64,000 nucleotides of DNA from Eledone cirrhosa (GCA_964016885.1 OZ024740.1:409758001-409822000), one strand, 5' to 3'; counted from the first letter of the stretch, positions 22,752 to 35,000 are shown. Notes: generated by a model from the sequence alone, not told the origin. Numbers and translations: made by a program.

Positions 22752-25595
22752 TCAGTTGTTGGCGGAGAGAAAGGTGTCTGACCTCAGCTCTTTCAACCTT
22801 GTCCACCATACAACCTCTTTCGCCATAGCTATCACACAAAGGAAAACCGCCTCTCCTTCGTTTTTGAAGGAGGGTGGCGGTTTGATCATGACAATGGACT
22901 CGGTGGTCAACTGGATTGGTCCCACCCGCGACAATAGTCGTTCTACATAGCCCCACAGGTCAGTGACGCCCGGTTGACCAGTGAGGAATACCTGTAGGTT
23001 CCGTAGCCTTAATGCGTGCCTACGCATCATCAACCACGGCATCCCCAGCCCTCCTTTCGAAGGTTGTTGGCAGCAGATGGATCTTCTCACCATAGTAGGG
23101 CGCTTCTTCCAAAGAAATTGGAAGAGCATGCGTTCCATGGTGGTGAGTGTTTCCTTAGGGCAAGGCACGACAGTCAGGCGGTAGTAAGTGACGGACGCTA
23201 TGTAAATGTTCGCCACCTCCGCCCGGCCTTTTAGGGACAGCTTACACTTGGCCCATTTCTGGGTTAGTGCAAACACCTTGTTCGTAACCTCGTCCCAGTT
23301 CTTTTCCACCTGGAGGTCAGGTCCAAACCAGACCCCAAGCAACTTCACCGGGCCCGCCGTCCAGAGTCCGACGACACCGTCGGGAGGCATCGGTCTGCCT
23401 CTCCACGTTCCGAGTTGCAGCCCGATGGATTTTTCCCGGTTCAGTTTCGCTCCTGACAACCTTTCGTAATCCTCCAGTAAGGTACCGATCGCCTCGATCT
23501 CCGAGTCGGTCGATACCATTACTGTTACGTCATCGGCGTAGGCCGACACCGCTTTGCTCAATCCTGGTTCCAGGGGGATACCTTGCAACAACTCCAACTT
23601 CCTCAGTAAAGGCTCGAGAGTCAATACGTACAGAAGGGAGGAGAGAGGGCACCCCTGTCGAATGGATCGTGTGATTTCGAACGGCTTCGAAAGGTAGCCG
23701 TTCACCTTGATCCTAGAACAGATGTGGTTGCTATGTAAGGCAGTGATCCAGCCTCTGAAAACAGGACCGAACCCAGCCGCCGCTAGCACCGCATCCAGGT
23801 AACCATGGTCGACCCTATCGAAGGCCTTAGACTGATCCAAGTTGATCAGGGCCCCACCGAAGGCGGGTTTGTTGCCAACCCTCTCTATGATGTATCGCAT
23901 GAGGTGTAGGTTATCGTGAATGGACCTGGATGGGATAGCACATGTCTGCGCATCTCCCACCAGGCCACCCACGACAAGCGCCAACCTTTTTGCTAACACC
24001 TTGGTCAAAATCTTTAACTCTGTGTTTAGCAGGGTTATGGGCCGAAAATTATTTATACTATCTCCCTTGTTCTCGTCCTTCCTCACCAGCGTGACTACGC
24101 CCTTGGCTACAGAACAAGGAATTCTCCCGTTCTGCTGCCAATTGCAGTAGACCGCTTCGAGGAGTTCGGAGAAGAAGACCGGCATTGCTAAATAAAGTTC
24201 GTAAGGTATACCATCGAGACCTGGAGATTTGTGTCTGCTGCATTGGCTCAGCGCATCTCCGATCTCATCAGCCGAGATTGGGCCCTCGCAGGACTCTGCC
24301 TCTTCGCTCGAGAGACGCGGCAGGCCGTCGAGGTATGCACCGAAATCCACGTCCCCGCTCGGACCCTCGCCTCCCCCGAACAATCGGGCAAAGTGCCTTT
24401 GAAAGGCCTCGCACATCTGCTTAGGCTCCCGGATCACCCGTCCATCTTCGTCTTGCAACGACCGGATGGTGGATCGATTTCCACTCTTAGCTTCTGTCAC
24501 GCGGGCCCAGCCAACGGCTTTGGCCCCCTCATTACCTAGAGCACGTATTTTACTTCGAATGACGCAGCCTTCGTGCTTTGCATCGAAAAACTGGTTCAAG
24601 GCCGTCCTCGATTCCAGCACTTTGGCCACATCTTCGCTCTTGATTGCCTCTTCTAATTTACCTGTTAATTCTTTCTCGTTTCTATTCCTATCGGCAGCTA
24701 ACATCTTGCTATAACTTATTGATTCTGTTCTAATCTCTCTTTTGAGAGATGCCCACCATCGGTTGTTGACGATTGCACCCGTCAACCTCTCCTTAACTAA
24801 TCTGCTAATCCGGTTTCTGTAAGTCTCTTTTGCCGGTAAAGACAAATTAAGTTTCCAGTAACCGGGACCCTGTTTATGTGTTTTCTCGAGATTGACTACG
24901 CAGGTCACTAATTTGTGATCCGTGTAGCCAACCGTGCGCATTTCTGGACAGCTTAATATGTCCCTGTCCTTACTTCTAACTAAGAATCTATCTAAGTACG
25001 ATCTAGATTGACCACTGTGGTTTCTCCAAGTCCAGGTAGGCACAATTGGAAAATCTGGTCGATATCTATCGACCAAGTTAAAACGGTCGAGTAACCCCTT
25101 GAGGCTGTTACACCCCCCTCTATTAGGACATGCTCCTGCATAGTCCCAACGTGCATCTAGGATGTCATTCCAATCCCCCGCTAGAAGCAGGGAACGCGAC
25201 GTTCCCAGAAAAGTCTCCAAACGCTGGAAGAAGTCGGGCCGTTCAGCTCCGAAAGGGGAGTAGACGGCGACCAGTCTCAAGGCCGCACTTTCACTACTGC
25301 CAACGTCTAGCACCAATAAAAGACCCTCCGGGTCCGAGTGCACAACCTGTACGGCAAGACCCAGGTGTTTTTGCAGCAGTACGACAACCCCACCCCCACC
25401 TCCAGGTTGACAGAGAGATGCATGCACCTCAAAGTCATCGAAGGTGGGGGCCAGCTGCCGCACGACGCTGATTCGAGTCTCACAGATAACCATTACATTT
25501 ATACTACATGACCTGAGGTCATTTAGAAGCTTTGCTTGCTTCCAAGTTGAGCCCAGGCCACGTGCATTCAAACATCCTACTCTTAACACATCCAT
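22752..25595 (-). CDS. ORF2 of element D: uninterrupted APE endonuclease plus RT, lacking the C-terminal CCHC region
   Basis: 947 aa; LNARGL, CET, GDWN, SYLDRF, TDH, YADD; in-frame junction FLTGQP|GVTDLW. Confidence 0.88.
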   Translation of the reverse strand: MDVLRVGCLNARGLGSTWKQAKLLNDLRSCSINVMVICETRISVVRQLAPTFDDFEVHASLCQPGGGGGVVVLLQKHLGLAVQVVHSDPEGLLLVLDVGSSESAALRLVAVYSPFGAERPDFFQRLETFLGTSRSLLLAGDWNDILDARWDYAGACPNRGGCNSLKGLLDRFNLVDRYRPDFPIVPTWTWRNHSGQSRSYLDRFLVRSKDRDILSCPEMRTVGYTDHKLVTCVVNLEKTHKQGPGYWKLNLSLPAKETYRNRISRLVKERLTGAIVNNRWWASLKREIRTESISYSKMLAADRNRNEKELTGKLEEAIKSEDVAKVLESRTALNQFFDAKHEGCVIRSKIRALGNEGAKAVGWARVTEAKSGNRSTIRSLQDEDGRVIREPKQMCEAFQRHFARLFGGGEGPSGDVDFGAYLDGLPRLSSEEAESCEGPISADEIGDALSQCSRHKSPGLDGIPYELYLAMPVFFSELLEAVYCNWQQNGRIPCSVAKGVVTLVRKDENKGDSINNFRPITLLNTELKILTKVLAKRLALVVGGLVGDAQTCAIPSRSIHDNLHLMRYIIERVGNKPAFGGALINLDQSKAFDRVDHGYLDAVLAAAGFGPVFRGWITALHSNHICSRIKVNGYLSKPFEITRSIRQGCPLSSLLYVLTLEPLLRKLELLQGIPLEPGLSKAVSAYADDVTVMVSTDSEIEAIGTLLEDYERLSGAKLNREKSIGLQLGTWRGRPMPPDGVVGLWTAGPVKLLGVWFGPDLQVEKNWDEVTNKVFALTQKWAKCKLSLKGRAEVANIYIASVTYYRLTVVPCPKETLTTMERMLFQFLWKKRPTMVRRSICCQQPSKGGLGMPWLMMRRHALRLRNLQVFLTGQPGVTDLWGYVERLLSRVGPIQLTTESIVMIKPPPSFKNEGEAVFLCVIAMAKEVVWWTRLKELRSDTFLSANN

Positions 25596-25628
25596 GTGGG
25601 CGGCAGAGCCAAAGGAGAGTGTAGAGAC

Positions 25629-27110
25629 CTACCTTTCCGCTTCCCGGGGTTCGGGTTGCACGACTTCCATGGGGTCGGGGGTGTTGGGTGAAGGGGTGTC
25701 TTGTGGTGGTGTGGGGTCGTCAGTGTGTGGTGGGGTTGGGGTGTTTGGAGTTGTGTTGGGGAGGGGAAGGGGAGGGGGAAAGCTTTTTAGTAGGACGCGG
25801 TTTATGGGTTTGACAGAGGGTGGTCCTACGTCCTCCTTAAAATCCTTTTTTAGTTTTTGGTAGAGGTTCATTGGGATCTTTATTAATTTTAAATGTGGGT
25901 AGTTTTCTGAAGAAACAAAGTTTACACCTTCGGTTTGTACCGAAGGATTATTGTTTATGAGTTCATTTAATTTATTATTGTTTCTGTTGATGTAAGTATA
26001 GTGTAATGCCTTTTTTTCGGGTTGGGTGGGACTGAGTTTTGTTGTTTGTTTATCTGTTGTGATGGTGGTGGTGGAGCTGGTGTTGGTAGCAGGGTTTTCT
26101 TTTTGTTGAGTTGGGGACAAGCGGCCTTCAGGTGCCCTCTGCCTGCACAGATATGGCAGGACGGCCTTCTCCCCTCCACGCTAATGTTTATATACCCGTG
26201 GCCCTCTAATAGGATTCTGTCGGGTATTTGGGCGATGCGTTCAGGCTTCATTTGCACTACCAGCTCTATACCTGTTCCACTGAACGCATTGCCTGTGGTT
26301 TTCCCAATGGAAATCACGTTGTCATTCACTGGATCGATGAAGCCAGCTATGAGCCAGCAGTAGTCCACATCTGGCATCATTGCATCCAGCCATATGCGTT
26401 GAGTTCTTTTACCCATATAAGATGGATAAAAGGTAAAATTTTTCGAACGAATCGGTGACAAAGCACATTTTTTTTGCCGCCGATTCGTTCTTCATGATAA
26501 TTGCTAGGCTTCCATACAGTCTGTCTTTTCTTATGAAAGTGGTTTCATTAAGTACTTCTGTGAGTACTGTTTTGATATCTGCTTGAGAAGGCTGTTCAGG
26601 TTTTTTAGAAATGTTGTTGATGGTCCGGAACTTGACCGTTCGGCTTTCAATGTCTTTGGTGAATTCTTGAGGCATTTTTACCGATAAAATACCATTCTCT
26701 CCTTCACTTATGTATTGTTTGGCGTCTGTGATTCTTCGTGCCACATCTGAAATATTTTCGGGTATATAAGTCAAAGATTTCTTTGTTGTCTGTGCAAATG
26801 AAATCTTGTCGTCTGCTTTGCTTTCTGCTTTGGTGTTATTTTCAAATGTTATTTTTGTGTTTGTTGTGTCTTTGTTTGTGTTATTAGTATTGCCATGCAA
26901 TTTTTCAAATTTTTTTTTTTCGTTGTTGGAATCCATGTCCAGATTTGTGTTTTGGTCATTTTTTTTCTCCGCAGATTCGTCTGTTTTTATTTTAATTTTT
27001 CCTTCCTTCTCTATGACGTTAGTTGGGAAGGAAGTGGGGACTAAAGCGTGCGAGCTTACAACTCTTACCGCTGTCCCCCCACCACTATTTTCGTTCGCTG
27101 CGTTTAGCAT
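25629..27110 (-). pseudogene. ORF1 of element D (two frameshifts)
   Basis: Three overlapping ORF pieces homologous to C/E ORF1. Confidence 0.85.
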
Positions 27111-27364
27111 TTCTGTTAGACGATTGAAATTTTTTTGCCACAAAATTTTTTAAAACAGGTTTTTCACCTCTAGGAGGGGTAAAGATGAGCTGACCCACCG
27201 CCTGACAGTTCAGACGGGGGGTCAAGCTACACAATCGTATCAAAATTAAATTTGAACTCACAAAATTTCCGCAATAAATTTGAACAAAACTTCTGCGCGA
27301 AGTGAATTACATCCACACTGTAGAACAGACGACAGCTAGATTGTCAGCTAGATTTAATAGATAT

Positions 27365-27454
<90 letters not shown>

Positions 27455-27690
27455 TTCTTTATTAGCCACAGGGGCACAAAAGAAGGGGACAAATACAAAG
27501 GGGGAAGTTTACATACAATAAAAACGTGTAAAATGTTATCACAGATGGAATTTAAAAGTTAGTCGATTTTCCCCAATAGAGGGAGACAGTTTATATGGGT
27601 AACACATACCCCCGAAAAAAATGTGTAACCCTCATCTCCAGGAGGACGAAGAGTTTGTACACCCTTCCTCTCCTCCTCCTTTTCCTCAAC

Positions 27691-30600
27691 CTACAGGCTA
27701 ATATAGAGAGAAGACCCATTCACTCGGGCCATTCTCGCCACTTTCACCCACCTTTCATAAAACTTGCTGCGGTACAGCACCTCTCTCTCCATCCTGATTC
27801 TTCTTCCAAAGTGGTATTTGAAAAAAAGAATCAGTTGTTGGCCGGAGAGAAAGGTGTCTGACCTCAGCCCTTTCAACCTTGTCCACCATACAACCTCTTT
27901 CGCCATAGCTATCACACAAAGGAAAACCGCCTCTCCTTCGTTTTTGAAGGAGGGTGGCGGTTTGATCATGACAATGGACTCGGTGGTCAACTGGATTGGT
28001 CCCACCCGCGACAATAGTCGTTCTACATATCCCCACAGGTCAGTGACGCCCGGGCAGTGTATGAATGCGTGCGCGACGGTTTCTTCGTCTCGCACGCACC
28101 TCGGACAGATCTTTTTTGCAGGGTCCCTGCCCGGGCGCCCATGTCTGTAGAGCTTGTCTCGAACTGGTAGAGCTCCTCGGTAGCACTGCCAGGCCAGGGA
28201 CTTTTGGAAGTTGTCCATCGGTCCCGGGCGGAAGGTCCTACCGAACAGACTGGCCAGTTCATCTTCCTCCACGCCTAGAGTTTCACCGAGCGCGTCGTCG
28301 CACTTGCTGCGGACCAACCCTCTATAGAATGACGAAGTGGAGTCTCCACTGATCGCCGGGTCCGCCTGCCAGAGGGCTGTGAGCGCCTGAGCACATTCGA
28401 TGTGCCAGTCGCCCATTTTCCTCGGTCTCTGCTTGACCCAGGACTGCAGCTCGGTCAGCAAGACGAGTCGTGGGAAGGCTCGCCTCACGAACGGGGCCCA
28501 CACCGGTTGTCCGGTGAGGAATACGTAGAGATGCCGCAGCCTGAGCGCGTGTTTGCGCATCGTCAACCACGGCATCCCCAGCCCTCCGTTAGAAGGGTGT
28601 TGGCAGCAGATGGATCTTCTTACCAAAGGAGCCCGCCTCTTCCAAAGGAATCGGAAGAGGGCGCTCTCCATTTTGGCGAGCGTTTTGGCTGGACAAGGCA
28701 CGACGGTCAAGCGGTAGTAGATGGCGGACGCTATAAAAGTGTTCGCCACCTCCGCTCGACCTTTCAAGGATAGTTTGCACTCGGCCCACTTCTGGGTGAG
28801 TGCAAACACCTTGGCCGTCACTTCGTTCCAGTTCTTCTCCACCTGGAGGTCCGGACCAAACCAGACCCCGAGCAGCTTTACCGGTCCTTCCGTCCAGCGT
28901 CCGACGACGCCATCGGAGGGCATCGGTCTGCCTCTCCACGATCCGAGTTGCAAACCGATGGACTTGTCCCGGTTCAGCTTCGCTCCTGTGAGACTTTCGT
29001 ATTCCTTTAGTAAGGTGCCGACTTTCTCGATTTGCGAGGCGCTCGACACCATTACTGTCACGTCGTCGGCGTAGGCCGACGCCGCTTTCCGCAGTCCCGG
29101 TTCCAGAGGGATGCCCTGCAATAGCTCCAGCTTCCGCAGTAGTGGCTCGAGAGTCAGTACGTACAGAAGGGAGGAGAGAGGGCATCCCTGTCGAATGGAT
29201 CGCGTAATATGGAACGGCTCCGAGAGGTAACCGTTCACCTTGACCCTTGAGCAGATGTTGCTGTTGTGCATTGCAGCAATCCAGCCCCTGAACACGGGTC
29301 CGAAGCCTGCCGCCTCGAGCACCGCATCCAGGTAACGATGGTCAACCCTATCGAAAGCCTTAGACTGATCCAAGTTGATCAGGGCCCCACCGAAGCCGGG
29401 TTTACACCCTACCCTCTCTATGATGTATCGCATGAGGTGGAGGTTGTCGTGTATGGACCTGGTCGGGATCGCGCATGTCTGCGCTTCTCCCACCAGGTTC
29501 TCGACGACAAGCGCCAGCCTCTTTGCCAACACCTTGGCCAAAATCTGTAACTCTGTGTTTAGCAGAGTTATGGGCCGGAAGTTGCCTATGTCATCCCCCT
29601 TATTCTCGTCCTTCCTGATTAGTGTGACCACGCCCCCGGTTACAGAACTGGGAATTCTCCCGTTCTGTTGCCAGTTGCAGTAGACCGCTTCCAGGAGACC
29701 GGAGAATAAGTCCGGCATTGCTACGTAAAATTCGTAGGGTAGACCGTCGAGACCTGGAGATTTGCGTTTGCCGCATTGGCTCAGCGCGTCCCCTATCTCA
29801 GTGGCTGAAATCGGCTTTTCGCAGAACTTCGCCTCGCTGTCCGAGAGTCGCGGTAGGCCGTCGAGGTATGGACCGAAATCCATAGCCTCTCCCGGCGCGC
29901 CGCTCCCCCCGAACAGCCGAGCAAAGTGCCGCTGAAAAGCCGCACACATCTGCTTCGGCTCACGTATCACGCGTCCGTTTTGGTCCTTCAAAGACCGAAT
30001 CGTGGACTTGTTGCCACTTTTTGCCTCCGTCACTCGGGCCCAGCTAACAGCTTTGGCTCCCTCGTTTCCCAGAGCACGTATTTTGCTTCTGACAACGCAG
30101 CCCTCGTGCTTTGCGTCGAAGAACTGGTCCAAGGCCGTTCTCGTTGCTAGCACGCTGGCTACGTTGCCACTTCTAATAGCCTCTTCTACTTTATCTACCA
30201 GTTCCTTCTCGGTTCTATTTCTATCTAACGCTAATTCTTTACTAAAAACTATCGAGTCTAATCTAACTGCCCTCTTGAGAGAGTACCACCATCTGTTGTT
30301 GACAATGGCCCCTGTCAAGTGCTGTTTAACTAAAGTGCTAATCCGTCTACTGTAGGCTTTGCTTGTCGGTAACGACAAGTTCAGCTTCCAGTAGCCGGGT
30401 CCTTGTCTATGGGTTCTATCAAGGTTGGCCATGCAGGTCACTAGTTTGTGATCTGAATAGGCAACCATGAACATTTGTGGACAGCTTAACATGTCCCTAT
30501 CCTTATTTCTAACTAGAACCCTATCTAGGTACGATCTAGATGTTCCGCTACGATTACTCCACGTCCACAGTGGCGCAGTCGGAAAATCTAGTCGATATCT

Positions 30601-31127
30601 ATCGGCCAGGTCAAATAGGTCGATTAACTGTTTGAGGCTGTTACACCCCCTTTATCGGGACATGCTCCCACATAGTCCCAACGTGCATCTAGGATTCCAT
30701 TCCAGTCCCCCACTAAAAGCAAGGAGCGGGACGTTCCCAGAAAAGTCTCTAGACGTTTGAAGAAGTCTGGCCGCGGTGTCCCGGATGGGGCATATGCGGC
30801 CACCAGCCTGAACGCTCCACCTTCACTACCGTCAACGTCTAGGACCACCAGTCGACCCTCCGGGTCCAGATGTACCGTCTGTGTTACGAGGCCCAGGTGT
30901 TTCCGCAGCAAAACGGCAACTCCGCCCCCACCCCCCGGTTGACAGAGAGATGCGTAGATCTCAAAGTCATCGAAGATGGGGGCCGGCTGTCGCTCGCCGT
31001 GGATCCTGGACTCGCAAATGGCTACCACATCCAAACTGTGCGACCTGAGGTCGTTTAAGAGTTTGCCCTGTTTTTAGGGCATCCCCAGGCCGCGTACGTT
31101 CACACATCCAACTCTTATATTGGCCAT
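27691..31127 (-). pseudogene. ORF2 of element E
   Basis: APE-RT-CCHC; G-run frameshift near 30650 shared with C; stop near 31073. Confidence 0.9.
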
Positions 31128-31160
31128 GTTGGTGCTGAAAAGTTAAAAGAGGAAAAGAGA

Positions 31161-33079
31161 TCACTCACCCTTCGCCTCCTGGGGACCAGGCCGCACGATT
31201 TCCATGGGGGTGTTGGAGGGGTTGTCTGGATGGGTGGTGGTTTCCGGCGGGGTGGGGACGCAGATGTTTGGTGGGGTGGGGTCTGGTGGGATGGGGGTGT
31301 CTGGGGTGGGGAGGCATTTGAGAAGGACGCGGTTGAGTGGTTTCACGCAGGAATTCCCCACATCCTTCTCAAATGTTTCTTTTAGGGACCTATAAGTTTG
31401 TATAGGGACCCTAATCAGTTTTAGGTTCATTTTTTTGCTATTTTTTATAGAGTGGGCGAAAGTTTTCCCTTCGGTGAAAACCGAAGGGTCGTTCGTAATG
31501 GTCTCCATTAGTGTTTTGTTTTCAGTGTTTATGTAAGTGTAAGTGTAATTTTCTTGTGTTGTGTTTGTTTTTGTCTGTAGTTCTTGTGTGTGCTTTCGTT
31601 TTGTTGTAGGTATTTTGTTTTCAGGAGGTGGGGGTTTTGTTTGTGATATTTTTGTTGTTTGTGTTGGTGGTTGTATGTTTGTGGTAGTGTTTGCTGGTTT
31701 TTTGCTTTTGTGATGTCTTTTCTTTCTTTTCGAGCGATGGGGTTCTCCCTCGTCTTCACTGGGTGATGGCGAGATAGCCTCATCTGTTGTATCGTCTGTG
31801 TGATTGGGGAGGGGTATGTCTTGGGGAGCTGTTGTGTCTGTATGTGATTTTGCAGTGGTTTTAGGTGGAGTGAGGTTGGGTGGGACTGTGTTTGTTGTGG
31901 TTATTTTTGTGTGTTGGTGTTGTTGTTGTAGTGGTGGTGTTGGTGGTTGTGTTGTTTTGATGGGTGTTGGCAGAAGAGCCTTTTTTTGGTTCATTAGTTT
32001 AGGACAGGAAGCCCTCAGGTGACCCCTGCTAAAGCAATGGTAACATGAAGGCCGCCTACCCTCAACCGAAAGGTTTGTGTAGGTAAGTCCGTCCAGGAGT
32101 ACACGCTGTGGGATCATAGCTATTCGCTCTGGGCTCATTTGCACCAGAACTTCAATGCTAGTCCCATTGAATACATCTCTGCGGGACTTGCCTACTGACA
32201 GTATTCTGTCTTCATCAAAATTGATGAAGCCGCACAGTATCCACCATATGTTCACCTTTGGTGTGACACTTGTGATTCTGATCTTTTGTGTCCTTTTTCC
32301 CATGTATGTAGGGAAAAAGGTGTACAGGTTGGATACAATTGGCGACACAGAGTAATTTTGGGCCGTCAATTGATCCTTCATCAGTACCGAAATACTCCCA
32401 AAAAGTTTGCTTCTTTGAATGAATGCAATATCATTCATTGAATCTTTGAAAACCAGTTCAATATCTTTCTGTGACAATTGGACTGGTTTTCGGGTAGAAT
32501 TGGAAACTGTCCTAAAAACTATCGTTTTGAGAGCAGTTTCCTTGCGAATTTCTACCGGAGAATTGATGCTGAAAGCACCATTTTTTTCGAAGGTGACATA
32601 TCTCTTAGCATCCTTTAAAAGGTGTTCAGCATTTGTTATGTCGAGATATATCAATTGTTCTTTCTTTTGAACTTTCTCCGCAAAGGAGATTTTTGGTTTC
32701 TTTGTGGAATCCGTATTGGTGGTGTTGTCATTATTGTTGTTATTCTTGTTGTTATTCTTGTTGTCACCGATGTTGGTATCATCCGTATTTTCCTTGGTGT
32801 TGTTGTTGTCTTTGATGCTGGTGTTATTGGCGTTGTCTTTATTTTTTTTTCTTTGTTGTTGTTATCATTGTTGCTTTTATCATCATTATTGGTTTTGCTG
32901 TTATTTTTGTTGTCATTGAGCTGTTTGGTGTCATTTGTGTTGTTTGGATGTGAATTCGTTTTTTTATTTTCATTTTGTCTTTCCATCTCTATAGTATCTA
33001 GTGAAGAAGACGTTGTTGACTGCGAGCTTTGTAGTCTTACCGCCTCTCCACCACCATTATCGTTGGACGCAGCGTTCAT
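31161..33079 (-). pseudogene. ORF1 of element E
   Basis: 497-aa and 142-aa pieces joined at a poly-T frameshift near 32845. Confidence 0.88.
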
Positions 33080-33305
33080 AACGTAATCAAAATTTTACAA
33101 TATTTTTTTTCCAAGATTCGATGGAGAAAAATTTTTTAAATGGATATTCCGCCCCTGAAGGGGCGAAAATGAGTTGACCCACCACCTGAAGGTCCAGACG
33201 GGTGGTCAAGTTACACAATGACATAAAATTGAACTAAAAACTCACGTTTTTTCCTTACATAAATTAACGGAAACTTCTCCGCGAAGTGACACACGACTGA
33301 TAGAG

Positions 33306-33374
<69 letters not shown>

Positions 33375-33376
33375 TG

Positions 33377-33763
33377 TTTCTTTATTAGCCACAGGGGCAC
33401 AAAAGAAGGGGAAAATACAAATGGGGAAGTTTACATACAATAAAAACGTGTAAAATACGATCACAAATACAATTTCAAAGTTAATCGATTTTCCCCAATA
33501 GGGGGAGACATTACATATGGGTACCACATACCCCCGAAAAAATGTGCAACCCTCATCTCCAGGAGTACGAAGAGTTTGTACCCCTTTCCTCTTTTTCTTC
33601 AACCTACAGGCTGATATAGAGAGAAGGCCTATTCCCTCGGGCCATTCTCGCCACTTTCACCCACCTTTCATAAAACTTGCTGGGGTACAGTACCTCTCTC
33701 TCCATCCTGATTCTTCTTCGAAAGTGGTATTTGAAAAAAGGAATCAGTTGTTGTCCGGAGACA
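33377..33763 (-). mobile_element. Tx1-type element F, severely 5'-truncated
   Basis: SGQQLIPFFKYHFRRRIRMERE...YISL plus 3'UTR. Confidence 0.92.
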
Positions 33764-35000
33764 GACTTCTCTTTTTGATTTATTTTCATTTTTAACTTTA
33801 TTTTTAATTTTATTTTTATTTTCATTTTTACTTCACATCCACCAGTAACCCTCCCCCCCCCCCCCTACTCTTCGATTCACTTACCTAATATCTTCACATT
33901 CCACATTTTACTTCCCTATTTTCTTTACTACCTGATTAAACAAGTCACTTGCGTTTTCCATTCCAGATATTTTCTGTTGTTTCGCAGCCGATTTTATATT
34001 TTATATTTGTACTCATTTATTCATAAGGCTGCTTTATACTCTGTATCTATGTGTCTGAGTGTCTTTACGTGTGTATACGTTCTGTATATGTACACGAACG
34101 CCTCCGTATGTGCGCGTGCGTGCGTGTATATATATGTGTGTGTGTATGTGTGTTTTTATATCTATGTTTTTTTACACTCTTATTTTTATGTGTGTATGTG
34201 TAAGCGGGTGAATGTACGTGAATGTGTATGTGTGTATGTGTGTATATATGTATATGTATGTATGGGTGTGTATGTGTATGTGTATATATGTATATATATA
34301 TATATAGTCGCGTACGTACGTGTGATTAGATATACATGGGGCGATATATATATACATATATACGTGTATCGTGTGTATGTATATACGCATGCATGCGCTT
34401 TTGTCTGTACGTATTTGCGTGTATAAATATATTTTTTTATAGATATATGTTGTTTTTTTAGATATATGTGTATGTACGTGCGTACCTATGTTTGTTTTCT
34501 TTTCTCTAGTGTTAATTGACTACTTTCTCTTTCATTAAAAAAATGTTTTCATTCTTATGTATTGTTTCACTTTGATACATATATCGAGAATGACACTTTC
34601 TTTTAACTATTACACTTCCTTCCCTCTTTATCTTCCGCATATAAGTGACGACGCGTGTGTGTGTGTTTATGCGCGTGCTTTCATACTCGTATGTGTATCT
34701 AATACCTGTATCTGGATGCGTGTCAACTATATTATCATTTTCTTTTTCAACTCATATTATATCCGTATTTGTGGTCACATATACACAAATATACTTGCCC
34801 TCATATATGTACTTACGCACACATTTTCACCATACACATGCATTTGTACATACATACATATGTACATTTGTGAGTGTAACTATATTTCCTTATATTTTTT
34901 ATATATTTTATATATCTCTTGCATTACTTTTGTTTATATATTTTTTTGCATTTCTTGAGGAGACTTTCCAAATATTTCACTATGTTTTATATTACCGTGT

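Larger units (their letters stand above)
22375..27345 (-). mobile_element. Tx1-type element D (subfamily 3 body with a subfamily-1 3' end; chimeric)
   Basis: Divergent ORF1 (CHICAGRGHLKAAC) and ORF2; from 22975 to the 3' end it is nearly identical to C/E. Confidence 0.92.
27454..33298 (-). mobile_element. Tx1-type element E (subfamily 1), full length, near-identical to C
   Basis: Same architecture as C; bounded by long (GATA)n at 27357-27453 and 33299-33374. Confidence 0.95.
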
